Origin: Octopus sinensis
Taxonomy: Eukaryota
NCBI RefSeq assembly: GCF_006345805.1
Contig: NC_043009.1
Span: 39,432,001 to 39,496,000 of the forward strand
Length of the DNA stretch: 64,000 nucleotides
Direction: 5' to 3'
A program made the translations under genes and the position numbers. Below are positions 12,346-24,186 of this stretch, piece after piece (the stretch's first letter is position 1; each line of letters begins with the position of its first letter). A model generated the notes under the pieces. It worked only from the letters and a program-made list of their open reading frames with translations, searched no databases and was not told the DNA's origin.

Positions 12346-13964
12346 TGATAAAACGATGGTTTAATCGCGCAAGCGAGTGATACCTGCTAGCAAGTACAAT
12401 ATCTTAACTCACTGTCGTATGTGCCTATGTATTCACGAGACACATAAATATATTCTCAGCTCTCTCACACTTGCGCGAGCGGAACATGGGTAATGTGAGA
12501 AATACAGAAACAGAAACACGCTGCACCAGCACAGGTTTGGCACCCTTTTGCTGCCAAACTGGCTGAAACACCACGAAATTACATCAAGTATCTTATTCAA
12601 TACAACGTACTACCTCATCCAAAAATCGAAAGTACGACCTTATAATGGTGGGTCCACACCTTTATCTCCAACACTACAAGCCTTCACGCTATATATTTTA
12701 TGCGGAAACTAACTCCTTCTTTTTGGTTTTCAACATGTATCTATTTTATCTGTTTCTTTTTCTTTTCTATAATTCCTACGTTATTTGCACGCTCAGGGAA
12801 AACTTTCAAGGAATTGTTTGCTCTCGTCGTATATAACGCAAAATAATGAGGTACAGCCCGGCATGACACCAGCACTCTAGTTTTTATTCGTTGATTCCAA
12901 GTTATTAAACCCTGGCAAAATTTATTATCATAATGCCTAATTGGTGAAATGTAGTAGGAATGAGTCACATTCATGATCGCGCCAAGAAATAAGTTGTAAA
13001 ATCAGTACACCCAACAGAATAACGAAATGCCGTAGTTATATTGACATTCTTGTATCTTACCTCCATGTGTAGCGTTCACACAAGTGCAGTACCATAATCT
13101 ATGGCAGCTCGAGCTTGCTTGACAATTAATTATTTGAATTAGATAAGATAAATTCCTATAAATGTGAAGCACAAGTGTTTATTACGGACAATAATAACAG
13201 AACAATGTTGTTATGGTTATTTTACGATAGAAACGTGTCCAACTTTTTACGATGCGCAGCAAAGCAGCTATGTACAGTAGAACACAATATAAACCATCGT
13301 CAGCTGTCTATTATATGACTAAATGAATCTGCCTGAATGTGAATAAACATAATTGAATTAGTAAATGAAACGTCAAGAATTCCAGGAGAGATGAAAATCT
13401 ATTAATTTTAGGAATCTTTATTAGAGAATTCTCGGTGGTTTTTAGTTATCCCTTTATTGAAATTGGCTATTCTGTTTACAAGAAGAAAAATAACCGAATA
13501 GGAAATATAATTGGGTGTCAGTTTAGCAGTTACAACTATCTCATATAATTGGAATCAGAAGATAGTTTCCTATCTATTCCTATTTTCAAAAATAGAAATT
13601 ATTATCTCGCCTAGTCAGAGAACTAACATACACATGATAATCTTTTGAGTTTTGAGGAACATTTTCTTTGAAAAATGTCAGAAATTCAAACCATTTGAGA
13701 ATTGACATTGATGTTTCATCAGCAGAGACATGAAGTGTATAATTTTGTAAGGTTAAAAGGGTATACATCGCGTGTTGGCACCGCATTCAGACATTCAATA
13801 CAGATATGGGCTTATATGAGACTATTTTCTCCATGGCATCTTTGTTAGCGAGGTTTATCCATCTTTGTCAATTATACTGCAAAACGTACAGCGTTTTATG
13901 AATATTTTCTGTATCATTTGATTCTAGCTCGTAACAGAATATTAACAAACCAATCATTGTTATA

Positions 13965-14170
13965 AACGTTGGAAGGGGTATTAACCACTGCAAAGTAATG
14001 CTTAGCAACATTTCTGTCTTTATGTTCTGAGCTCAAATTCCGCCGAGGTTGATTTTGCCTTTCATCCTTTAGAAATCGATAAAATAAATACCATCTAAGC
14101 ACTGAGGTCAATGTAGTCGATTTAGTTCTCCAAAATTGCTGGCCCTGAGTCAAAATTTCAAGCCAATATA
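13965..14170 (+). mobile_element. SINE family B, degenerate, type-2 tail
   Basis: gttctgagctcaaattccgccgaggttgattttgcctttcatcc...ccaaaattgctggccc. Confidence 0.8.
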
Positions 14171-14555
14171 TGTATTTAGGGGAACATTATAATACAACTG
14201 TAAAATTATATACCCTGAAAATTAAATTATGATTTCAAAATTGTTGAAATTAGCAAGGCATGGAATGTTAGGTTACTACTCTCCGTCGTGTAGAAAAGAT
14301 ACCTATTTATATCTCAAATGTAACCATTTGAGACAAATGATAAGCGCAAAATTACTTCGTTTCTTAAATAAAGAGCAGGTGTCTAATCACTCGATTCTGA
14401 TTTCGAATTTCGTTCGCAAGATCAAATTTATTATTTTAATATATATGACTTTGGGAATAGCTACTTTAATTCTACATATGCAAAATTTTCTTTAAATATG
14501 CAACATGCCTAAAATATCATCATCATCATCATCATCATCATTATTATTATCATTA

Positions 14556-14735
14556 TTCATTTCGTCTGTCTTTATGTTCTGAGTTCAAATTCCACTGAAG
14601 TCAACTTTGTCTTGCATCCTTTTGGGGTTGTTAAATTAAGTACCTGTAAAAACTGGGGTTGATATAATTGACTAGTCTCCTCACACAAATTTTCAGGCCT
14701 TGTGCCTTTAGTAGAAAGGATTATTATTATTATTA
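14556..14735 (+). mobile_element. SINE family B, 5'-truncated, (ATT)n tail
   Basis: gttctgagttcaaattccactgaagtcaactttg...tcaggccttgtgcctttagtagaaaggattattatt. Confidence 0.8.
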
Positions 14736-14879
14736 TCATCCAAAACATCCGGAGTCAACTTTGTTCTTGTTCCTTTCAAGCCAATAAAATGAAAAATCAG
14801 TCAAGTATTGCGGTCGATGATATCGATATGTCTCTCCTAAACACTGCTTGTCTTGCTAAAATCACAAGCCATGCAGCAT

Positions 14880-15049
14880 CTCATCCGATTTTACGACCTG
14901 AGTTCAAATGCCGCTGGAGTCGTTTTTTTCCTCTCTTCATTTCGGAGTCGATAAAATAAGTACCAGTTGAACACTGGGGACTAATCCCTTCCACCAGACT
15001 TGTTAGCATTGTGCCAAAATTTGAAGCCAAATATTATTATTATTATTAT
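14880..15049 (+). mobile_element. SINE family B, degenerate, (ATT)n tail
   Basis: ctgagttcaaatgccgc...ggagtcgataaaataagtaccagttg...gtgccaaaatttgaagccaaatattattatt. Confidence 0.75.
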
Positions 15050-15232
15050 TGAGTGAGAGAGCAGTTCATGCCATCAAAGTGACACTGGGGTAAAATATAC
15101 GAAGCCCAATATACCCATCATGACTACCCGTCTGATAAGGGTACACCAGGCACATGCATCACAATCAGGTTGAGTAACCCATCCCGCTCAAAAGGTCTCT
15201 GAATAAGGTTTGTTTAAGGATGTTGAAAGAGC

Positions 15233-15233
<1 letters not shown>
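15050..15233 (-). mobile_element. Orphan non-coding retroposon E, internally deleted copy
   Basis: Near-identical to parts of 54935-55518 and 55586-56025 (gagtgagagagcagttcatgccatcaaagtgacactggggtaaaatatacgaag); flanked by (ATT)n on both sides. Confidence 0.85.
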
Positions 15234-15272
<39 letters not shown>

Positions 15273-15282
15273 TTATTATTAC

Positions 15283-15327
<45 letters not shown>

Positions 15328-15336
15328 TATTATTTA

Positions 15337-16196
15337 TTCAGTAGTTTTTTATTTTTTATAGCGTGCTTTCACTCACTCACTACCGAGCGCAGCTCTGTGT
15401 GCCTTGGGTATGTGCTGTGATTTGTTGTGATGCTCTGATGGTTATTGTATGGAAGTGCTCTGCGTAGGATGTGTGCAGTGCCTAGTAGTGCAATTTTCTG
15501 TATGATATATGTGTTTGTAAGTCCTGGTGTTTTTGTTATGTATTTGTCTGAATATTTTTTATCATGCCTCAATAATGCACCTACTATGATAGGAATTGTT
15601 TCTGTTTTCAGATCCACATTCTAGTTACCTCTATTTCCAGGTCTTTGTATTTTGAGATTTTTCTCCATTTCTTTTAGAGACACGTTGTCATCTGCCGGTA
15701 TTGATACATCAATTAGAAAGCATTTTTTTTCTTCATGATCTCTGACAACTATATCTGGTCTGTTGGCCTTAATTTCTCTATCTGTGTGTATCGGCATATC
15801 CCAGAGTATGGTTGCTTCTCGTTTCTTTTTCTGTAACCTTTTCTGTGTGTGCCTATACCATCTTTTTTCTGTTGTTATTCCATAATGTTGGCATAGCTTC
15901 CAGTGTATGTAGGTTCCAACTCTGTCTGTCTGTGAATATATTCCTTCTTCTAGCCAGGACTGGGCAGCTAGAGATAATATGATTTATTGTTTCTTGTCCA
16001 TCTCCACATATTCTGTCCACTTGTAATATTCTCTTGCTTACTTTATATTTCCATTACATTTTTTTGTAATTTCTGGTGGGGAGGCTTTGTCTTGTGCTGC
16101 AATTAAAAATCCCTCTGTTTCTGCTTTGAGTCCTGAGCTTCTCAACCATTGCTGGGATCTTCCTTTGTCTATTTCTTTTGCGTTTAGTTTAGTGCA

Positions 16197-16197
<1 letters not shown>
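15337..16197 (-). mobile_element. R4/Dong-clade LINE, 5'-truncated (CCHC knuckle plus restriction-like endonuclease), family 1
   Basis: Translation across frameshifts: WLRSSGLKAETEGFLIAAQD..., ICGDGQETINHI..SCPVL, ILWDMPIHTDREIKANRPDIVV, FLIDVSIP..KYKDLEIE, KIALLGTAHILRR; 3' UTR then (AAT)n tail. Confidence 0.92.
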
Positions 16198-16253
<56 letters not shown>

Positions 16254-16260
16254 ATTATTA

Positions 16261-16747
16261 TTTCTCATCACAGATTTTGTTGGGGCTGCTGGTGTCTTAC
16301 ATTCGTAGCAAGCTTGCTACCTGCAGCCTACGGTAAAATGCTATCCATTCATTTCAGCAATCTAATACTTTCCTGATTATTCTGGCCGTGCCAATGAGGC
16401 AAACCTTTTTTAACAGCTCTACTGGGCACTCTATTCCAATTTCCTTTATATTCTTCTTGATGCCTTGTGATACAATTCCCAAGGACCTAACAATAATTGG
16501 CACTATCTTCACCTTCTCCAGTTTCCATAGCCGGGCTATTTCGTAATTAAGGGGTTGGATCTATCTAACTTTTCGTCTTCCTTCTTGACTATTCATGGGG
16601 CAAAGGGGTATGCAACATCAACTATATAGCATATGTGGTGCACCTTATCGGCCACCACTATGCTCTAGCACCACATCTGTTTGGATTGGGAAATCCCAGA
16701 GGATTCTGCTTAGTCATCACCAACTCTGCTACTCTCTGCGGTTTGTG

Positions 16748-16750
<3 letters not shown>
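16261..16750 (-). mobile_element. R4/Dong-clade LINE 3' end, family 2
   Basis: HKPQRVAE..ILWDFPIQTD..CYIVDVA.PF..KKEDEK..YEIARLWKLEKVKIVPIIV..IGTARIIRKVLD; (AAT)n tail; homologous to 57528-58149. Confidence 0.9.
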
Positions 16751-16810
<60 letters not shown>

Positions 16811-16989
16811 TATTATTATTATCGTCATCATCATCATTATTATTATTATTATTATTTTATTATTATTATTATTTTATTATTATTATTATTATTATTATAT
16901 TATTATAGTATTATTATATTGTTGTTGTTTTGGTTGCTTTTTAATCTCCATGTTTGTTACAATCACTTCCCGAGTCATACCCATCTTTC

Positions 16990-17120
16990 TAAGGCGAGTG
17001 AAGGATAAGAGATGTTACAGTATGACTGAAAGCTTGGGAAATCGAACTGGCATGGGCAGTAGCGAAATATCTTCATGTAATACAATACAGACATTTAAAT
17101 GGATAGAATTTTTCTAAGGA
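16990..17120 (+). mobile_element. Possible CR1-type LINE extreme 3' remnant
   Basis: The peptide SEISSCNTIQTFK resembles the CR1 ORF2 end (LPxEVVxAxTVNxFK). Confidence 0.3.
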
Positions 17121-17284
17121 TGTAGTTAGTACTTGTCAGTATAATATTTTGGATTTCTCTGAGACATGGTTCTCTTGGGATCTTATCGAAATATTTCTGA
17201 CATCCCCTTTTTCATCATTCGTAGGGCAGCTACAATAACAGGAACAATTCTCGTTTAAAAATGTCACACATTTGTGTTCAAACT

Positions 17285-17425
17285 ACACCGAAAAGTCGAC
17301 TTCGACTTTCATCCTTTCCGGGTGGATAAATTAAGTATCATTTGCTTACTGGCGTCGAACAAATCGACAGGCCTCCTCCCCGAAAAATTTCGGGCCTTGT
17401 GCCTAGAATAAAAAAGAATATTTAT
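17285..17425 (+). mobile_element. SINE family B fragment
   Basis: gtcgacttcgactttcatcctttccgggtggataaattaagta...gggccttgtgcctagaat. Confidence 0.75.
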
Positions 17426-17749
17426 CATACGAACGCCGGCTATATTATGATTAAATGACATTAATGTTTTACTGCGTTTTGACTAAATTTCAGTCAGAAC
17501 GATTCAAGTGTGTATTATAAGAACACATTTACGATATTTTCAAGAAGAAATGTATAAAGTATATAAAGAAGAAGGAATATAGAAGAGAAAGCAATATTAT
17601 TCTTTCCATATTCCTTGTTAACAAATAATTCATGTTGCATATTATAAGAGAAAACATCAAAATGAATGGCATGCGATGATTTGACAATTTCTTCTAAGAG
17701 AAATTTTCTAAAGTATATTAATTACTATTCCAATACGGCGACCAATAAT

Positions 17750-17762
17750 TATGTCATATATA

Positions 17763-17826
<64 letters not shown>

Positions 17827-17920
17827 TATGTATGTATATATATTATATGTATATATAATATATATATATAATAAATATATATGTATGCATATATATATAC
17901 ATATATCCATATATGTATAT

Positions 17921-17954
<34 letters not shown>

Positions 17955-18081
17955 GTGTGTGTGTTTTATATACATATAATATAAATACATACATATAATT
18001 ATATATCATACAGCATTTTTATATGTCAATATATTCACATACGATAATACATACATACACACACCCACACACACACCACAT

Positions 18082-18127
<46 letters not shown>

Positions 18128-18170
18128 GTGTGTGTATGTATGTATGTATGTATCTATATATATAATCATG
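17750..18170. repeat. Compound TA/CA microsatellite
   Basis: Direct reading. Confidence 0.95.
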
Positions 18171-18593
18171 TATTTATGTATGTAAACTCAGTTTTAAAAA
18201 TCTTTTTAACATAGTGTACGTGTGTGCATTTGAAACTCTTAGTGGATGTATTTATATAAATGCCTCTATCTATTGCGAGATAAATATATGTCTGTGTATG
18301 CGTACCTTTTTACATACAGCGATTAATAACTACGTATACCTGCAAAACAACGTCAGATACGAATTAAAAAAAGATAACAGTTTTCAGATATATACAAAAG
18401 CCTCAGAACAAAATGTAATCCACTCTATATATTTCGAATTCTAAAGTACAATTAATAACTCAATGAACCCAAAAAGCCTCGATGCCTCAATTACCATATA
18501 ATTACCACATATCTCGCCTTTTCGTTCTGAGTGTAATCAGCTAAATGCGTAGCTGAAATACAGCCATTTTATGAAATGGTAAAATACACATAT

Positions 18594-18657
<64 letters not shown>

Positions 18658-18684
18658 ACACACACACACACACACATACACACA

Positions 18685-18935
18685 TGATGCGCATGGTCTA
18701 GTAGTTAAGGTGTTGCACTCACCGATTGCTACATCGCGATTTCAATTCCTTGACTAGGTTTTGCGTTGTGTTCATGAGCAAAACATTTCATCTCACGTTG
18801 TTTTGCGATCACTTCGACACCTGACCCGTGGCACTAATTGCCCCTGTTCAGACAACGTCGATTTGATGGGAGAGTGGGCAAATGTGCGGCACGAACATTT
18901 GATCACTATAAACAATTCATTTGTGCGGGTCGTAA
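18685..18935 (+). mobile_element. SINE family C (tRNA head plus CORE-like body), degenerate
   Basis: tggtctagtagttaaggtg (A-box-like), ttcaattcc (B-box-like), gttgtgttcatgagcaaaacatttcatctcacgttg (similar to 53985-54020). Confidence 0.65.
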
Positions 18936-19110
18936 ACACACACACACACACATACACACACATACACACACACACACACATGCATATACATATATATGTA
19001 TATATGTATACAGTGATACTCGGTTTACCTACCATTATAAATAATATCAAATATTCTTTCTCAAACAAACCTTTCATAATGTGATACAAGTCTTGGTGTA
19101 GCAATTGCAT

Positions 19111-19210
19111 GCGGCTGCTGAAGAGGCGTTTAAACTATCTGTTATGATGTCGATTATGCATTGATGTAAGAATAAGTTGTTTTTATAAAGCTCGAAACAT
19201 GTGTACCCGC
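19111..19210 (+). ncRNA. Type I hammerhead-ribozyme-like motif with long degenerate stem II
   Basis: GCGGCUG-CUGAAGA-(about 69 nt)-GAAAC-AU-GU-G-UACCCGC: canonical core boxes, palindromic ACAUGU, stem I 6/7 paired; the cleavage nucleotide is G. Confidence 0.5.
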
Positions 19211-19252
19211 GACATCCCTTTGTGTCCTGTTTTTTCCATTTTATTTCATTTG

Positions 19253-19284
<32 letters not shown>

Positions 19285-19679
19285 CGCTCATCCCTCTCTC
19301 TCTCTTTGATTCCCCCTTATTTTTTCTGTTTCCCCCTACTCTCATTTTTTTTCTGTTCTCTCTACTCTCTTCTCTACTCGTGACCTTGATGGTTACTGGC
19401 CTTTCCGCTGGTGACCGCTGCTGTGATTACACGGCTTTCTCTCTTCGTCTGCCGAAAAGGCATTATTTCAAAATACGCTCGCTAAGATAAGTTCAATTGT
19501 CTAAATTCGTAAGACACCCGTTGTGTTTGTCCCGTTATTACCATTCTTGTTTTTTGTATTTATATTCGTGTGGCATCGTCCGATTTTCTGTCCTTGTTTC
19601 GTACACATTCGATCCTTTTTCCAAGAAATCTAATGCTCGCAGCTTAGTTTTTCCTTGGGGCTGGCCGGATCTGAGCGAT

Positions 19680-19790
19680 ATCAGGATTAATCAGCCGAAA
19701 TTTGCTAGGACGATCCGGTTCCTGACTGAAGATTAGAGGCTTCGAGTGACCCGTCCGTTCTTTGCGTCGTATCTTTGTGTTTGTTGCGTT
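19680..19790 (+). repeat. Dispersed repeat shared with about 57100-57215 (possible Penelope terminal segment)
   Basis: taatcagccgaaatttgctaggacgatccggttcctgactgaagattagaggcttcga versus taatcagccgaattgctaagatgatctggttcttgactgatgaccgagggcttcga. Confidence 0.65.
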
Positions 19791-19874
19791 CTTGTCTCAT
19801 TTGTATTTTTTTATATGATTTTTATACATATATATATATATTATATATATTATATATATATATATTTATAATAT

Positions 19875-20255
19875 AGGTGATGTAAGTAGCTTGCTTACAA
19901 ACCACACGGTTCCGGGTTCAGTCCCACTGAGTGGTACCCTTTGGCAAGTGTCCTCTACAATAGTATAGGACCGACCAAAGCCCTCTGAATGGATTTGGTT
20001 AACGGTAACTGAAAGAAGCCTGTCATCTGTGTGTGTGTGTGTATGTGCCTGTGTTTGTCCCTGCACCATCGCGTGACAACCGAACAACCAATGTTGGTGT
20101 GTTTACGTCCCCGAAAACTAGCGGTTCGGCAAAAAAGACGATAGTTTAAGTACTAGGCTTACAATGAGTAAGTCCCGAGGTTGACTTGTTCGACTAAACG
20201 CGGTACCCCAGCATGGCTGCAGTCAAATGACTGAAACAAATACAAGAATAAATGA
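19875..20255 (+). mobile_element. SINE family A, near full length
   Basis: Both halves are present around an internal (TG)n. Confidence 0.88.
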
Positions 20256-20439
20256 AATATATAATATATTATACATATATACATATATATATATAATATA
20301 TATATTATAATATATATATAATATATGCATATACACACACACACACATAAACACACACACACGAACCACACACACAACAACACACACACACAACATATAT
20401 ATATATATATTATATTTATATATATATATAATATATATA

Positions 20440-21010
20440 TGTAAACAAAGTCAAATGCGATAAAATAAAATTAATTATTATCGCTGGTGTTTCTAGCACA
20501 GGCCATAATTATTCATATATAAGTACATTAAAAAGGCGAAGTGTGTACTAGATACACAGAAGCTTGATAATTTGTGAAATTAAAATAAAAATTTACTACT
20601 CGGTTCATCTTTACTTTATACTAGGCAGTTTCGTCTCTTTCAGCAATAAAAATAAAAAATTTATTTACTCAGGGTGACTCGTCAGTAAATCCCTGTTATT
20701 CTGAAATCGCACCTCAATAGACCATGTGCGCGTCTACTATTTGCTCTTTCTAACTAATCAGATCACTGCGCAGACGCAGAACGTACCCGACAAACTAGGG
20801 ATTTCTGGTATATAGTCTAACGCTCAAATTTATATCGAGAAATATGTACACAAAGGAAGTCAAAATGCGATAAAATAAAATTAATTATTATCGCTGGTGT
20901 TTCTTCTAGCACACAGGCCATATATTATTCATATATAAGTAAATTAAAAGGGAAGGCGATATGTACTAGATACACAGAAGCTTGATAAATTTAGTGAAAT
21001 GAAAATAAAT
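20440..21010. repeat. About 150-bp direct repeat (20440-20589 and 20845-21009)
   Basis: aagtcaaa(a)tgcgataaaataaaattaattattatcgctggtgtttc...tactagatacacagaagcttgataa occurs twice; the differences are mainly small indels. Confidence 0.9.
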
Positions 21011-21069
21011 ACATACACTCACACACAAACGCACGCAGGCACACATATACACAGACTCAGGAACGTACA

Positions 21070-21226
21070 GAGTATTTGTCTGCTAAATTCGCCCACAATG
21101 GATTGGTCGGCCCGAAACTATAATGCCTAATGAGGCACTTAGTTCATATTCCCACTCAGCGGAACTGAACTCAAAAGTATGTAGTATCAAAGTGAACTAC
21201 TTAAGTAGAAAGTCGTGACTGCGCCT
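21070..21226 (-). mobile_element. SINE family A 5' half, old
   Basis: ggattggtcggcccg...cccactcagcggaactgaactc...gactgcgcc. Confidence 0.6.
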
Positions 21227-21679
21227 ACAAAGACAAGAAAAATTTAAATACATTACATCGTACAATTCACAGGCCTTACAAAAGAGACAATGTAACGTAT
21301 ATGCCTTGTATGATATAGTAAGGGTGTCGCATATAACTTTGACTTACAATAAAAATCTAATTAATGGCCACGCTTTTGTATAAGTAGTGTAAATTTAGCT
21401 TAAATTATTCAGTGAGAAATATGTTGTAAATGGAATAACTTTCGATTAAGAGAAATTAAACAATAATTAATATAAACTGGCATATATTAAACATTATAAT
21501 AATATTATTAATACTATTTACGTTACCCAAAAGAAATGAATATCGAATCAGGCGAGAAATCAATATTATTTATTTCATCTCAATGTAGAATGTTATTGCT
21601 GTATTACAAAATTTATCTTTGAAACAGCTTGTAGAATATTTTTCTATAGCACTTTTCCCTCCCTCCAATCTTTCTGTCT

Positions 21680-21754
21680 GTTTATATTTATATATATCTT
21701 TATATATATATATATCTATTATATATATATATATATATATTGGTGTGTGTGGTG

Positions 21755-21786
<32 letters not shown>

Positions 21787-22119
21787 TTGTGTGTGTATGT
21801 TGTGTGTGTATATATATGTATATATAGATATAAATAGACAGATAGATGTGTGTGTTTTTGTGTGCGTACACCCGCATACGCTCACGCATACACACATCTA
21901 TGCATGTCGCATATGGGTTCCAATTCTAAGGAATTGAAAATATAGGGAGTGTATGAGAGGGAAAAAGACACATAACATTGGTAAGCCAATATTAACAAGC
22001 TGACATACAATTTAAAAGTAGGGGTAAAAATTTAATGTTATTTATATATATATATATATATATATATTAATATATATAATAATATCTATATATACATATA
22101 TATATATATACATATATAA

Positions 22120-22156
<37 letters not shown>

Positions 22157-22158
22157 TC

Positions 22159-22194
<36 letters not shown>

Positions 22195-22225
22195 ATATAT
22201 ATATATATAAATATATATATATAAT

Positions 22226-22256
<31 letters not shown>

Positions 22257-22272
22257 AATATATATATATATC

Positions 22273-22316
<44 letters not shown>

Positions 22317-22320
22317 GATA
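21680..22320. repeat. Compound TA/TG microsatellite field
   Basis: Direct reading; it continues as (TA)n at 22560-22970. Confidence 0.95.
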
Positions 22321-22390
22321 AAACGTAAGATAAAACCAAAGAAAGAAAGAGACCTCAATATTATGTAAATAGAGGAAATTTATCTATACA

Positions 22391-22563
22391 ATATGTTACA
22401 TTACTCGGTAGTCAAGATAAACTCTGCGTTTCAGATGCCGAAGTGGAAATCCACCACACCATCTCTCTTCGGTTTCCAATAAACGCGAGAGATGGTGTTG
22501 TGAATTCCACTTCGGCATCTGAAACTCAGAGTTTTATCTTGACTACCGAGTAATGTAACATAT
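22391..22563. repeat. 77-bp-arm hairpin made of two inverted hammerhead-like segments
   Basis: Arms 22391-22467 and 22487-22563 are reverse complements with only a handful of differences; 19-nt loop. Minus strand 22416-22477 reads CCGAAGA-G-AGAUG..CAUCU-GAAAC-gcaga-GUU. Confidence 0.9.
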
Positions 22564-22677
22564 GTATATATATATATATTATATATATATATATCTATAT
22601 ATATATAATACATTCATATATATATATATACATAATATATATATATATATATATATATCTTTAATATATACATATAT

Positions 22678-22737
<60 letters not shown>

Positions 22738-22741
22738 CATA

Positions 22742-22775
<34 letters not shown>

Positions 22776-22845
22776 CATATATAATATATATCTATCATAT
22801 ATATATATATTACATATATTATATATATATAACTATATATAATAC

Positions 22846-22881
<36 letters not shown>

Positions 22882-22918
22882 GTATATATATATATTATAT
22901 ATATATATACACACACAC

Positions 22919-22970
<52 letters not shown>

Positions 22971-22980
22971 GTTTTGTATA

Positions 22981-23210
22981 AGACGGCGAGCTAGCAGAAA
23001 ACGTTAGCACGCCGGGCGAAATGCGTAGCCGTATTTCGTCTGCCGTTACGTTCTGAGTTCAAATTTCGCCGAGGTCGATTTTGCTTTTCATCCTTTCGGA
23101 GTCGATTAAATAAGTAGCAGTTACGTACTGGAGTCGATATAATCGACCTAATCCGTTTGTCTGTCCTTGTTTGTCCCTTGAATGTTTAGCCCCTTGTGGG
23201 CAAATAAGAC
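22981..23210 (+). mobile_element. SINE family B, full length, type-1 tail
   Basis: acggcgagctagcagaaaacgttagcacgccgggcgaaatgc...ttcatcctttcggagtcgat...tttagccccttgtgggcaaataag. Confidence 0.92.
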
Positions 23211-23317
23211 ATATATATATACCTATTTGTATGTGTTTGTATTCAACTTTATGATGCGGTGCTTAAGCATGAAAAATAACCATAAAGATCTGAGCTGACT
23301 ATAGTACGTCTTGATAA

Positions 23318-23530
23318 GGTGGGAAGCTGGCAGAATCGTTAGGAAGCCGTGCAAGATGCTTAGCGGCATTATGTCAGCATTTAGGCTTTGAGTTCAAATT
23401 CCACCCAGGTTGACTTTGCTTTTCATCTTTTCGGGGTCGATGAATTAAATACCATTTGAACTCTGAGGTAAATGTATACGACTTACACAGTCTTAGAAAT
23501 TGATGACCTTATACCAAACTTTGAAACCGA
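23318..23530 (+). mobile_element. SINE family B, older, type-2 tail
   Basis: gaagctggcagaatcgttag...gagttcaaattccacccaggttgactttgcttttcatc...aactttgaaaccgat. Confidence 0.8.
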
Positions 23531-23960
23531 TATATACGTTAAACTCTGAAAAATAACATATGTAATGTTTGATATACTGCAGGATGGACCTTGACGGATG
23601 AACATAGAAAAAATACGTTTCAGCGAAAAACAGAAAGTAATTCTGGTAATATTATTATCTATATTTCAATAGATCTTGCATATTATAACGAAGCATGAGA
23701 AATATTTTGAAATATATATAGTAAGACTTCTATTGTGGGCGATTTTTGCTGTTTATATTATACCGTATACTTACAATGAACAATCTTCCTTCATAACGAT
23801 TCAATTCTGGTAAAAGACAAAACTTGTTCAAGTGTTTCAATTCAAGTGTTCAAGTTTCATATTTATTTGTCTGTGTATGTACATACAATACGTATATATG
23901 TAATATATATATTATATATATATATATATATATGAAAAAAAGAAAGATATATATATATAT

Positions 23961-24023
<63 letters not shown>

Positions 24024-24150
24024 GGGAGAGAGAGGAGAGAGAGAGAGAGAGAGAATTTACAAAAAAATAACAAAAGACGAAGATGGATTTTGTAAAAAAT
24101 CAAACAGATGTATTAGGTTAATTAGGTTAACACTCGGGAAGTGAGAAAGT

Positions 24151-24186
24151 CTTTAACGTTTCGAGCCTGGCTCTTCGACAGAAAGG
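24151..24186 (-). ncRNA. Minimal hammerhead-like motif (Penelope pLTR type); duplicate at 25205-25241
   Basis: CUUU-CUGUCGA-A-GAGC-(cag/acag)-GCUC-GAAAC-GU(U/A)-AAAG: stem I CUUU/AAAG, stem II GAGC/GCUC, palindromic ACGU; A6 is replaced by U. Confidence 0.55.

Noticed and set aside
24110-24130. ttaggtt repeats suggesting telomeric sequence
   Set aside because: Only two units and not TTAGGG; part of the Penelope-type repeat.
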